DNA of 63,480 nucleotides, filler included, from Reticulomyxa filosa (Eukaryota; Protista; Foraminifera), in NCBI GenBank assembly GCA_000512085.1. It is 24 parts of 24 records of this genome, joined end to end, with 100 filler letters (N's around TTAATTAATTAA, not from the genome) between each part and the next. Parts side by side here need not be neighbours in the genome. Positions count along the whole stretch, not along the records: positions 9,389 to 15,106 come from ASPP01020592.1; positions 15,207 to 16,303 come from ASPP01049821.1; positions 16,404 to 17,403 come from ASPP01042168.1; positions 17,504 to 20,696 come from ASPP01001577.1; positions 20,797 to 24,787 come from ASPP01026869.1; 19 more parts are not named here. One strand, written 5' to 3'. Made by a program: the position numbers and the translations under genes. Position 1 is the stretch's first letter, and every line of letters begins with the position of its first letter. Shown here piece after piece: positions 13,075-24,887 of this stretch. The notes below the pieces were generated by a model that did not search any database, was not told the DNA's origin, and saw only the letters and a program-made list of their open reading frames with translations.

Positions 13075-15106
13075 TTATTATATATATGTCAATAATGTGT
13101 GTAACCACAATTTGTTTGTATTTGTTGACTTTATGAAAAAGACCTGGAAGTTTGCTCGTTGTTTAATGCAGGCGTGTGGGGAGGAGTATTGTAAGAGTTT
13201 TTGAAAGAATAGCGTCTTGGTGCGTAATAGTCATTGGGCTCATTGTCGACTTGCGAAATGTGTTGTTTTAATAATCGATCCATCTCTTTAAAAGAGGGAT
13301 TGGATGTGTGCTTGTTTTCCTTTTCATTTGACGGGAAGCGATCTTGTGTCCTGTTGTTTATCCTTTCGTTGAGCAGATCGTTGTTCGTCTGTCTCGCCAC
13401 ATCATCTTCTTTGTTGTTTGTCTTATGGCGTATGGAGTCGTCTTGACGATGTTGATGTAATTCTTTTGATTCTTCTTTTTGTTCTATTGGAACTAATTCC
13501 GCTGTATACCAAGGAAACAAATCATTTTGTAATGATTATTACAAATTTTCAGTTGAACAAAGGGAAAACATTGTAATTCGTCTATTTCTTACTTACTTGT
13601 CTTTCGGCTCATTCGCATCTGTCTTATGTTGCGTTTCGTTGTTGTCTTATCCTCTGCATTGGATAGGTCGGTGCTATCTTCTATCTGGGGCTTTTTGTAT
13701 GTTCCGAGCGGGACAAACACATAGAGAGACTCATAAACGACACAGTCATACATAACACAAACAAGAACAAAGGGGTAGAAATCATACAAAAAATTGCTCG
13801 CGCTGAGAATTGCTCGAACGATTAGTTTGTCGATCTTGACTGTAATCGACATTGTGTTCATCTCCACTCATATCCGTAGGATTATGTTCGTCGTTGTCGT
13901 CGTCGTCTTTGTTGTGATCATTTCCATTGACATTGTCATGACCATTGTCGTGGTCATGATCATGATAATTCTCATTGTCTTGTCCACGAAGAGGCTTGGT
14001 TTTCCCTCCCTTTTTTATTTTTTTTGTCTTTTTTTTTTCATGTTCGAATCGAGATCGTTGTACTCGAATTTTCTTTCGAGAACCCTTGCTCCTTGAGCTG
14101 GTCAAAATGCTCATGGGCTGAACAACATGCTGTACCCCCGTAGATATGTCATGACACCATTTTGGAATTTGTGCATTTTCAAATTGAATCGTTGTCAAGT
14201 CTTCCACCGCCATCCACACTGCTCCAGTGGAATCATACGTTGGCATGGATTTCAGGTAGTCTTTCTACGTGTTGTTTCATATTTCATGTATGCACTAAAT
14301 TTTTTTTTTTTTTTTATACTCTTTTGTGTGGTTTGTTGTCTATGTGAATGAGAAGAAACTGATTTGTTATATTCAGCATAGTAATAGACATGCCATTCAT
14401 TGAAGGAATGGTTTATAATCTGTTGGATTTCGATCATGCCTATGACACGCACCCGAATACCGGCCTGATGAGTTATGCAATGTTCGGCAGCTTCGACAAA
14501 TGTCTCCCCAAATCCGACTTGGGCAGAGGGAAGTTTAAAATCACTGTGATGTTCATCACCGATGAATTGAACTAATAAGTAGTAATTGTCTCGTCTTCTC
14601 ACGACAATATGGACAAAAGTGCGGGTTGGAACATCCCATTCTTCGGCATTCATGTGCGTCTTTGTTTTCATTATCATTGTTGATGATGACATTTCATTTT
14701 TTTTGTTCGTTTCGTTTTGTCTATTTTTTTTTTTTTTAGTGTATTCTTTCCCACAGTCATGTTTATCTTGGGATCAGGAGAAAAGGGGAACGAAAAAAAC
14801 TTTTCTAAAAATCTCTCCCCTCCTCTTTTTGCTTTTGTCCTTTCCATTGTCAATGTTATCCCTTTTGGAAAAGGTCAATTCTGAAAGATACCTTTGCAAT
14901 ACTACATTGTCACTGTCGACTTTTCGTTCATTTGAGTTGACATCAATATCAGTGCCAATGTAATCTTCTTTTTCATGTTCGATATCATGTTTGTGGCGAT
15001 GATCAACATTATCGCTATTGTTGTTATTATAATAATCGTGATCATTGCCATTGATATGATCATTATCATTATTTGCATCAGTGTTATCATTATTTGCATC
15101 AGTGTT
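11436..15106 (-). CDS. Large multi-exon, mostly low-complexity (Asn/Ser/Thr/Pro-rich) protein with an internal Nudix-fold domain; 5' end missing
   Basis: The Nudix-like segment (14692-14150, intron 14265-14359) reads FVHIVVRR..YLLVQF..FKLPSAQVGFGETFVEAAEHCITHQAGIRV..YLKSMPTYDSTGAVW. Co-oriented low-complexity exons run to a stop at 11436, with one apparent frameshift near 12560. That all exons form one gene is inferred. Confidence 0.6.
12140..12330. repeat. (TAT/TGT)n trinucleotide tract encoding poly-Asn on the minus strand
   Basis: Direct reading. Translates as NNNNNNNNNNNNSNNGNNNNNN. Confidence 0.9.
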
Positions 15107-16529
15107 NNNNNNNNNNNNNNNNNNNNNNNNNNNNNNNNNNNNNNNNNNNNTTAATTAATTAANNNNNNNNNNNNNNNNNNNNNNNNNNNNNNNNNNNNNN
15201 NNNNNNATGTTATTTCATGGGTTTTCTTTTTTGCTTCAATATATATTGTTGCTTTCAGTGACATCTTTGAAGTGATTACAAAAAGAATTCTTGCAATATT
15301 TTTTGCCCCTTTTCGTTTAAAAAGATTCAAACCTGTTGATAGTTATTATTTGTTAAAATGGTATTTAAATCTTTTTCTTAAAATTCTACGTTGTGGAAGA
15401 CATCAATAAGACTTTTTTGTGTAACACGAAGACACAATGTAAAATTCTTTTTTTGAAAGATTGAAATAAACTGATGATTGCTAGTTTGTTTTCTTATGCT
15501 ATTTTTGTCAAATAAATGAATTATTACAAAAAGTTAGAAAACTTTAGCAAATTACCCCAAATTCGAATGACTATTCATATCATGTCTTGTACAAATAATT
15601 CTCCTTTCGATGTTTGTTGTTTTGCTTACTAATTTTTTATTAGCAACATACAAATTGATATTTTTCACATGTTGAAAGTTCTTTTGGTCATTTTCTTTGT
15701 GATCATGAGATATTTTTGATTTTTCTGTTTAGGACTCAATGTAAATAACAAAATACAAACTCTAACCTGGACAAAAAAATCATTTGAACGTGCTTGGTTA
15801 AGTTAACGTCGTAAAACTAGTTTTACTGTCTTTGGTATCATTAATATCAGCATAATTTATTTTAATAGATTGTCACATTATGGGTGGGTAATAACAAAGT
15901 TAGTTTATACTATTTGTATTTGACTGTTGTTGTATGAATAATTGATAGATATAATTAACAAAGAAAATGTAGGAATAAAAAGAACAGCAGCAATCAGAAT
16001 ATTCAGTTTATACAAGTTATCAATCTATATACAATCAAATAAGACAGTTATTCAATGATGAATTGGGAAAACTATGATGCGTACATTTGATGAAAATAAT
16101 TATTGATACATATATTTGACAAATGGAAAAAAGATTGTTTTTTATTGCAGAATGGCATATTTTACAATGAATAAAAATTATGTATTATAAAAATGAATCA
16201 AATTTCATCTTTTAGCAGTGAATACTGTGATGATTTAGCTTCCAAATATATTTTATCTTATTAACAAAGACTAGATTCTATTTTACTGAATATATCTTCG
16301 ATTNNNNNNNNNNNNNNNNNNNNNNNNNNNNNNNNNNNNNNNNNNNNTTAATTAATTAANNNNNNNNNNNNNNNNNNNNNNNNNNNNNNNNNNNNNNNNN
16401 NNNATATGTATATATCGTATATTTGATATATGTACATATATATATATATGTATGTATACACATGATTCATATATGATTATGATATTGTTTGTTTGTGGAT
16501 GGAATGGGGGGGAAAAAAAAAAAAAAGGA

Positions 16530-17403
16530 TGCAAAAACAATGGAAGCAATGAAAGAGAGACAAAACGTAGCAGAAAAATTGGAGACTGGCAATGGACCAG
16601 CAAAAAAAAGCGAAGTGAATCGGGAAGTGATTGGCAATAGTAATGGCAATGGAAGCGACAATATGAAGCATGCGTCTCTTTCTCCAAACAAGAAAGGACA
16701 ATTGGAGAAGAATATCACCGAGACCAATGCAAACAGTGATAACAAAGCAGGGGATGTGACGGGACGTCCCGTCGTGCATGGCGCTCGTTTGAGTGAGGAA
16801 ATCGACGCGTCGCTGGGGGAGAACAGTCAAGTAAACAATGAGGACGATAACGAAATGACCGGCAGTGAAATATTTGGGGACTCGCAAGGCGTTGTCGACG
16901 ACGACGACAACCTCACATCTCAAGGCAATCCCAAAGCGCAAGGAGATAGTGCAGGAAAGCTCCGCGGAAATGGACAAGGTGAAAAAGTGGTGCCACTTAT
17001 CGATGACGATGAAGAAATACTACCGATAAATGGAATGGATGAAAATGACCCGAATTTGTATATACTAGAGCAAACGCCGCACAGAACGGCCGAGCAGATC
17101 ACCAACACCAACACCAACACCAACACCAACGTCAACGTCAACATTCGCATGTCGAAGAGTCAAGGGACAAATGCAGAGACGGTAATCGAACACGACAAAA
17201 ACGAGACGAAGAAAGACATTGACATAATTGACGAAAACGAAGAGACAAAGCATGACTACGCCATCAAGCATACCAATAACAAAACGCATCCTGCGTCCGA
17301 TAAAGGGCCTTCGGCAGATGCCGTTCAAAGCGAAGATGAAAAAGACGATTTGAAAGGCATGCTTTTGGGTACAAGTCATCGTCGACAGTCGACGAGATTA
17401 TTG
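16530..17403 (+). CDS. Internal exon of a hypothetical acidic low-complexity protein (truncated)
   Basis: ~290-codon open frame, D/E/N-rich, after an A-run + AG acceptor. No family recognised. Confidence 0.6.
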
Positions 17404-17927
17404 NNNNNNNNNNNNNNNNNNNNNNNNNNNNNNNNNNNNNNNNNNNNTTAATTAATTAANNNNNNNNNNNNNNNNNNNNNNNNNNNNNNNNNNNNNNNNN
17501 NNNAAAGAGAATACATGCAGTTAAAAAAGCCAAATGATATTTAACACGTTGGTAAACTTAAATTAAATTTTAAAAAACAAATATTATCATACTCAGGCAC
17601 TACAAAAAATTTTTTTAAAGTAAATGAAAGATTAAAAATGATATTTAAAAGCTACACTATTCGTAGATATTTTTAAAAAAATTTTGATTAATGATGTTTT
17701 TTCATTTAGAAACACAATAATCTCTATAAGTTGGCATTTTATGTGTCAACTTTCTTTTTTATAATACTGTATTTGTTGTTATTCTTTTATTAGTTAGAAT
17801 AGTATTGTAAATACTGTTGAACAAATGTTTTTGCATAAAAATTACTTTTTTATGTGTATTTTTTCATAAAAGTTTTTATTTAGTAATCATTTTATAATAT
17901 TGATTGACTTGTCAATAAAAATTGTCA

Positions 17928-19219
17928 CTAACAACATCCACCAGCTTTAGTTTGGTTTTTTGGTGTTTGTGATATTATTATCACAAACAAATCGACCATA
18001 GTGTGTTGTCATATCACCAATAACAGAAAAGTGTGGTTTTAGCCAGCTGCTGCCCACCATCAAAGCAGAATTTCCACAGACGAGCATTGGCTATTTGTCA
18101 ATTTTACGTGTGACATAAAAGATTTTTTTAAAAAAAGAACAAATGAAATACCTTGTTTGTAATGAATCTGTGATGATCATCTAAGTCATAGTAATGTGGA
18201 TGTTCTGGGACAGTTCCTTTGTAGATGGCAACTTGTCCATAATCTTCACATTGGTCTTCTATCTCCTTATGTTTAAACAAACGATAGGTGATACTGTAAA
18301 AACGAGCGTTTCCAACAACTCGTTTTAAATCTTCATCTCTTACATCAATTTCACTCATTGCCAACTTCCTAGGGTCTTTAAAACCAACCTGCTGACACAA
18401 TCGACGGAAATCCTCTACGTATAATGCGCCTCCTTTATGTAGGTATATATTTTTTATTGTCACAAGGTAATAAAAAATAAAAATAAAAATTGTTTATTAG
18501 TCCAACCAAGGCATTCTCCAAGCAGCACATGGTGAGTACGAACATGTGATGGCAATCGACGGTCACAATAAACATCACTAAAATAAAACTCGCCACCTGT
18601 CTTCAGTATACTCCAAACGGAAGACAAGACCTGGTCTTTGTTCGGACTTAAGTTGACAACACAATTGGAAATAACAATATCAACACTATCAGGTTTAATG
18701 TTGGCACCTTCTTCGTCAGTTAAATTTTCAATCAGCCCTTTGCGAAACTCCAGATTAATGGATTGATAGCCAAGTGTTTTTTTGCAATACCCTTCCACAT
18801 GCGCACGTGCCACTTGCAATTGTTCGTCGGTCATATCCACACCAATCACTTTTCCTTTTTCGCCCACCAAATTACTGGCAATATAACAGTCCCTGCCGCT
18901 GCCACTACCCAAGTCGACCACGGTCAATCCTTTCATCCCGAATGGTATTGGATTACCGCATCCATAATACTTTTCCATTATTTCATCTGGAACACTTTTT
19001 TTCCCCCCATCAATCATTTGGCAATGAACATGATATTGTAAAAAAAAAAAGACAAAACAGTTTGAGTGCTTGTCGTATTGTGGGATGCGGGGCGCCGGCA
19101 GTGCAACAAGCATTCGTCTTTAGGTCTTTTTTGGATTGCAGAACCTTTCCGTAATAGTCAGCCACTATCGTATGGACATCTTTGTCACTTTTTTGTGATT
19201 CTTTTGCTTCAGTGGACAT
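17928..19219 (-). CDS. AS3MT: Arsenite S-adenosylmethionine methyltransferase (AS3MT/ArsM), 4 exons
   Basis: YYGKVLQSKKDLKTNACC, YYGCG, VDLGSGSGRDC, IGVDMT, ISNCVVNL, GECLGGALY and CEDYGQVAIYKG. GT-AG introns at 18995-19058, 18433-18506 and 18091-18151 give an in-frame join. As assembled it stops at 17947; one fewer A gives ...AGGCC* at 17928. Confidence 0.95.
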
Positions 19220-19933
19220 GTTAGAATCAAAAACCAAATTTTCCTTAAACTGTGAACAAAAAATTTTAATCAGTTCGCTGATGAGAGCCAAGGAATGGGT
19301 GCTCATTTAATCAAAAAAAACACGGTAAAAAAACTCGCTAGTCAAAAAAACAAAGCGTAGCAGTGCAAAAGCCACTTTTATCTTTTGGACGATTAACAGA
19401 AGAATACTAAAAAATGAACAACAGTGCAATATTTTTAAAGAGCATAGCGTACAATTGTTATCAATAATTTTAGTTTAAAACTAATTTCATTTACGATTTT
19501 AGATCACGACATTCCCTCTGTAGGAGGTCTACAAGTATTAAGAAAATTAGATCTGAACTTAGCAAATGCTTTTTCTATTTACTTTTCTTCACTTCTTCGA
19601 CATTTTTTTAGTTTCGTTTTGCTTATCTTTTGTTTTATTTATCATTTGTTTGTATTGAAATTAGATCAAAAGAAACCACTCGTTTTACACTTTGCATTCA
19701 CTCTTTTCTGTGGGCAGTTCTTCCAACATCTCTATTTTGAAAATATATAGTTACAGTGTTGTTCATTAAGCATTATATCTTTTTCATAACATTGGAGAAA
19801 ACCTTTATTAAAAGAGTAAAAAGAAAAAATGTAAAAAATGAAAGTACAATTCTCGAATGATGATAAACGAACAATCTTCCCAATCAATATAACTAAAAAA
19901 AAAACCCTCACAATGAAAGTTAGACGAAAAAAT

Positions 19934-20671
19934 TTATCGTTTTGATCGATGCAAAAAATGCAATGCCAAAATTCCAATGATGAAATATAAAAATAACCAA
20001 GTGACCAATAGGGCAGCATCTCTGCCACGATGAGTTCGTTTAAGTCCAAAAAAGGAAATAAAAAAATCTCCAGACAATTGCACACTCAAATTTGAAGTAT
20101 CGAGTGCCGTTCCACCTACTGTCACATCTGCATTAGTGACACTAAACGTCAATCCATGCATTTCATTCACAAATAAAATTTCAAATGCTTGGTTATAAAA
20201 AGACAAGTACTTTGGCCACATCACAATCCAAGGCATACTCGTTTGATTTTGAATGAAAATTCCACTGTACAACATAAGTACTAAATTGGTAAAAATTGAC
20301 ATCGCTCCTATTTACATAACCATCAAAAAAATTAAAAGAAATTTTCTTTTTTTTTTTCTTTTTGGAGGATTGCCTCCTTTTTGCTTTGGCATTATAAAAT
20401 ACTGTGTGCACACTCACCGGACATAAACGATCCTTTACAAATGGACGAAATCGCGAACACGAATATCGACGTCACTGCCGAAAACAAAACGATTACTGCC
20501 AAGTATGCAGGCAGTGTGTGATGCTGATATCCCAAAATGCGAAATAAAATGCCACCAAACACAAGGGATGGAATGATACGCATCAATAGTATATCTGGGA
20601 TGCCACGGGCTGCCAAAAAGGGAACTGGTCCATATAGACGGGCATTACGCTCATCGACAAATATTTCACGC
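19934..20671 (-). CDS. ABCG-family (White/ABCG2-like) transporter, C-terminal membrane domain (5' truncated)
   Basis: REIFVDERNARLY, multiple TM helices, LYSGIFI, WPKYLSFYNQAFEILFVNE and a final TM helix, as expected for ABC2_membrane. Confidence 0.85.
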
Positions 20672-20796
20672 TTTTTTTTTTTTTTTTTGTCAAAGANNNN
20701 NNNNNNNNNNNNNNNNNNNNNNNNNNNNNNNNNNNNNNNNTTAATTAATTAANNNNNNNNNNNNNNNNNNNNNNNNNNNNNNNNNNNNNNNNNNNN

Positions 20797-22026
20797 TACT
20801 CACCACCACACACACACACACACACATACATTATACGTGTACATACCCATAAAATGTGACAATGATCCGAAAAACACTCAACTGCTCACTGCGTTGTTGA
20901 TACTGGTGAACATTATACTCTAACCCTGTTTCATAGCCAAATTTCTGGTTCAATAGACTTTCGCAATCTTCACAGTGCCACACGAAAGACCCTCCGATAT
21001 TTGCGGGAAGGGATGTGCATTTCTTGTGATAGTTGTCACCGCAATCCCAACAACCTATTCCATCGCCGACAGAAATGTCTTCCTTGCATCGCAAACACAA
21101 GAGCTCACGTCCTGGTTTGTCTTTCCCAAGTTTATAGTCTGTACATGTTATTTATTTGTCAATTCACCGCATGTAGAGAATGTGGGCATACATTGCATGT
21201 CCTTTCTTTAAGTATACATATGTATATGTATATGATTTGTTTGGGTTTTTGCAAACCTTGAAGCATTTCGTCAAATCTTTGCGAGGGTGGTTTGTCCAAC
21301 ATTCGAGACGGATCAAAAAAGGGCATGCAATGCGCTTGTTCATAATCCAACAAATACGTTTCATACGTTTTTTTGACTTGGTATGCAGAGTTTGTAGACT
21401 TGACACTCAATTGCAACGCAATTTGTGTCCACAATTGGGACTGACACACCTGTATAATATATACATATACACATATATATATATATATAACAACAGAGGG
21501 ACTTAGGTCTTAGCATTTAACTTGATCGTATCCATTAGCATTCATCACTTTCATAAATAAATCATAAAGGTACACTTGCACTCGACATAACACCGGCTCT
21601 TTCAAATCGTCTTTTCCCAAAAACGCTTGCAAGTTTATCTTAAATCTTGCTCGCAACTCCGATATTCCAAACGACGATAACATCCCTGTCGCACTTCGAC
21701 GAGTCATCAAATGCAAGGGCTGAATTTTCGTGCTAAATTTGCATCTTCAAACGACAAGCTAAACGCTGGAGTCCATCTTTTTTGTTGTTGTCAATCATAC
21801 AAACAAGCAGTTTAGTTTTTTTTAAAGAAGCAAATTCTTCACACAACAGCTTGGATCCTTCAAACGACTATTTCATACCTGGTGGCGGTTTTATTTTTAT
21901 TATTCCATACTGAGACGCTTCCCCTCTTATCTTTTGGATATATAGCAACGGATGTTTGAATTCTTCATTGGTGGGATAAAAAGTTTTTGATTCAGGAATG
22001 TCTGCGAACGTTAGATGATGGTGCAT
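20797..22026 (-). CDS. KDM5: KDM5/JARID1-type histone demethylase, N-terminal part (JmjN-ARID-PHD); JmjC lies beyond the contig end
   Basis: JmjN FYPTNEEFKHPLLYIQKIRGEASQYGIIKIKPP; ARID VYLYDLFMKV..GYDQV..WTQIA..KKTYETYLLDYE; PHD CLRC..CWDC..YHKKC..WHCEDC; then FGYETGLEY. One 1-nt frameshift near 21738. Confidence 0.88.
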
Positions 22027-22764
22027 GTTGAGGGGCAACGTTCTTCAATAATGAATAAGTGTAGCTACCCTGTGAATTTTTCGAATCGAGTCTCAGGTCA
22101 ACTGTCCGTTTCAGCTTCAAAACTAATTTTCTGTTAGATTTACCTAAACATTATGTTGGCAGTTGAACAGCAAGAAAAAAACAAGCGAGTGAAGTAAACC
22201 AGTTTACACAACTGTGTTTGCGATTTGGGGAGATTACTTACAGTTAGCTAATTTTTCGCACTTTTCTTTGGATATTTTATGATCAGATAGAAATATGCCG
22301 AGACTTAATGTGTTGCTAGTATTTTTTAATATATAATTAAGTATTTCTAAAAAAAGTGAAAATTAGTGTAAATTGTAATTGATCACAAAAAAGGACAGTA
22401 AAATGACCCCTACAATTGCATTATAGTAATCGACGTTTCCAATTTATTCTCATTAAAAATGTGACACATTGGAAAAAAGTCAGTAACTATACATTATTTT
22501 TTGTATACGTAGACTTTATTGCAAACTGCTGGATGTTGTCCTTTCGAATTTTCAATCAGTGAGGGATACCTCGTCGTTTTATCAGGCACTCTTTTCTTTT
22601 TAAAAATATTCTTATTTTTATGAGAGAAAATTGAGTGCTAAAATTAAAAAAACGAAACTTGTTCATTTTTCTTTCAAATTATTCCTATTGTTTTGTGTGT
22701 TTTTTTAAGTGCAAAGGTAGTTGCCGTCAATGTTTTAAATACTGAATCTTTGAATTTTTGTGAA

Positions 22765-24787
22765 ATGTCGTATGAATATTCGCCCTCTTCACAAAATTTG
22801 TATTTGCCAATATCAAGAACAAAACCTCCGACACAAAATACGTCTTTTTCAGTGGTTCATGCAGACGCATCGCAGAACAAGTTTGGACGCGACCGTTTTG
22901 GGCCTTGGAACCCGGCAGACTCGCGAGCCAAACGGCGTAATAACAAGGAAAAACGCTCAAGGCCAAATACAGGCAGCAGTCGATATCAAGAAAGAGATTG
23001 GATCACAAAAGAAGACCAAGACCAAGAAAAGATTTGTTGGGCATTTAATTCTCCAAATGGATGCGCACAGGGCGAGAGATGCCGATTCCAACATATTATC
23101 GTAACTCTGGAGATTAAAAAGAAAATCAGATGTCCAAACCTGGATCATTGTCCTTTAAGTTGGCAATGTCCATATTCCCACAAGAAATGGAGCAGACTAC
23201 GCTTTTCTGAAGACAAAGCATCTGACGACCAGAGCAGTTCATTTTTTTTAAGAGTCCCTTTTGAACCGAACTTTTTTTAAAATTTTTTGAAAATATATGC
23301 TAATAGCAACAGCAATAGAAACAGCAATAAGAGCAACAGTAATAAAGCCGAGAATATATGCGCCGCCGTCAAGGATTTGTACGTACTATAACTCAGTGCG
23401 AGGATGCAGTGCCGGAGATAGGTGTGAATACAAACACATGTCACTCGCCCACTGCCTGACGATGTTTAATGTCCCGTCTCGCATTGAAAAGCCAGCGCAA
23501 TTGAAGCGCTTAATTGAGACTGAACTAGGAGTCAATGAATTTTTTTTTTGTGCATGCGTGCAATCGCTCCCCCAATTGTTTCACCGTGGAATTTTCCGAA
23601 CAGACAGTTTTGTTGTTATATTCTCGACACCTTGTATCTTTTCACATGCCATTACGACATTATCACTGTGTTTGTAGACATGTGAAAGCGTCAAAGCTCG
23701 GCTTCAACAAGACATTTTCTGCGCTGACACTGCTATCGAATACTCTGATCACACTCCTATTCAAGCCGAAAGAGAATGTTTGAGTTATTGTGGTTCAAAC
23801 ACTTTTTTATTTGTATATCCCTCCTCCCTTTTTGGACTGATTGAATCCAACTCCTTCCCCTTTATAAAAAAAAAAAAAAGGAAAACAAATGGAAAGTTCT
23901 GCCAATTTGTTGAAAATGAACAACAAATCCGTGGTGCAATATGGAACAAATCAAGTGACCGACAAGGTCGTTGCTGAACCAAGTTAGTCCACCCCTTTTT
24001 TTTTTTTTTTCCAACAGGGAAAGTCGAACTCCTCTATTTTGTTTATGTAGACTGGACACAAGTGGGATCATTGCAATCACTACAATCTACTCAATCCACT
24101 CAATCTGTCCAATGGACTCAACCCAAAACAGTGCAAGCCTATTCAGCAATGAGTATAAATGACAAAACATTGACAACACGATCATATTTACAGTCCACAC
24201 AGAATGCATCGAATACACAAAATACACCGAGTGTACAGAATGCATCGAGTGTACAAAATGCATCGAGTATACAGAATACATCGAGTATACAAAATACACA
24301 GAACTCACAGAACTCACAGGCGACAATAGCAGCAAAGCTATTCAGCAAAGTGTATTCAATTTGCCCACAAAAGGCAGACAAAGTGACAGCGATGCTGAGA
24401 AGCCTTCCCCACGACGAGCTAGTTCGAATAGTAGGCGACGACAGATGCTTGACCGAAAAGGTGAATGAGGCGTTGCGCACGATTGAAAGAGGATCATTGA
24501 CAACAAAGATGATATGTCAGAAATTCAACTCCGTCCATGGCTGTGACGAAAAGAACTGCGCGAATGTGCACTTGTCCGACTCCTTCTTCCTCACCATCAG
24601 TCGTCCCACCGTCGAGCTTGATAGTCTCACCAAAATTGAGCTGTGGGTCGAAACTCACTTACACTTCAAGTCTCGTTATGCTTTTATCCTTCATTCGTTT
24701 GCAATGTCCCAAGAGTATTTCACGTTCGAGTTTTGTCGTGCTCAGGTTGGAATCTTTGCTTTTTTTTTTTTTTTGGTGCATGTTTTC
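22765..24787 (+). CDS. Multi-CCCH zinc-finger protein with an MLLE/PABC-like domain (3' truncated)
   Basis: CCCH-type fingers CWAFNSPNGCAQGERCRFQH, CPNLDHCPLSWQCPYSH, CTYYNSVRGCSAGDRCEYKH and CQKFNSVHGCDEKNCANVH. MLLE-like IAAKLFSKVYSICPQKADKVTAMLRSLPHDEL..LTEKVNEALRTI. Several introns. Confidence 0.78.
24199..24320 (+). repeat. Coding 18-bp tandem repeat (QNASSV/QNTSSI units)
   Basis: CA(G/A)AAT(G/A)CATCGAGT(G/A)TA-like units repeated about 6 times. Confidence 0.8.
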
Positions 24788-24887
24788 NNNNNNNNNNNNN
24801 NNNNNNNNNNNNNNNNNNNNNNNNNNNNNNNTTAATTAATTAANNNNNNNNNNNNNNNNNNNNNNNNNNNNNNNNNNNNNNNNNNNN

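Noticed and set aside
15207-16303. AT-rich contig without ORFs as a possible ncRNA or element
   Set aside because: I saw no terminal repeats, structure or motifs.
23535-23552. Programmed frameshifting at T/A runs (also 17955, 21738)
   Set aside because: The slips fall in homopolymers of a fragmented, homopolymer-broken assembly. Sequencing error is the simpler explanation.
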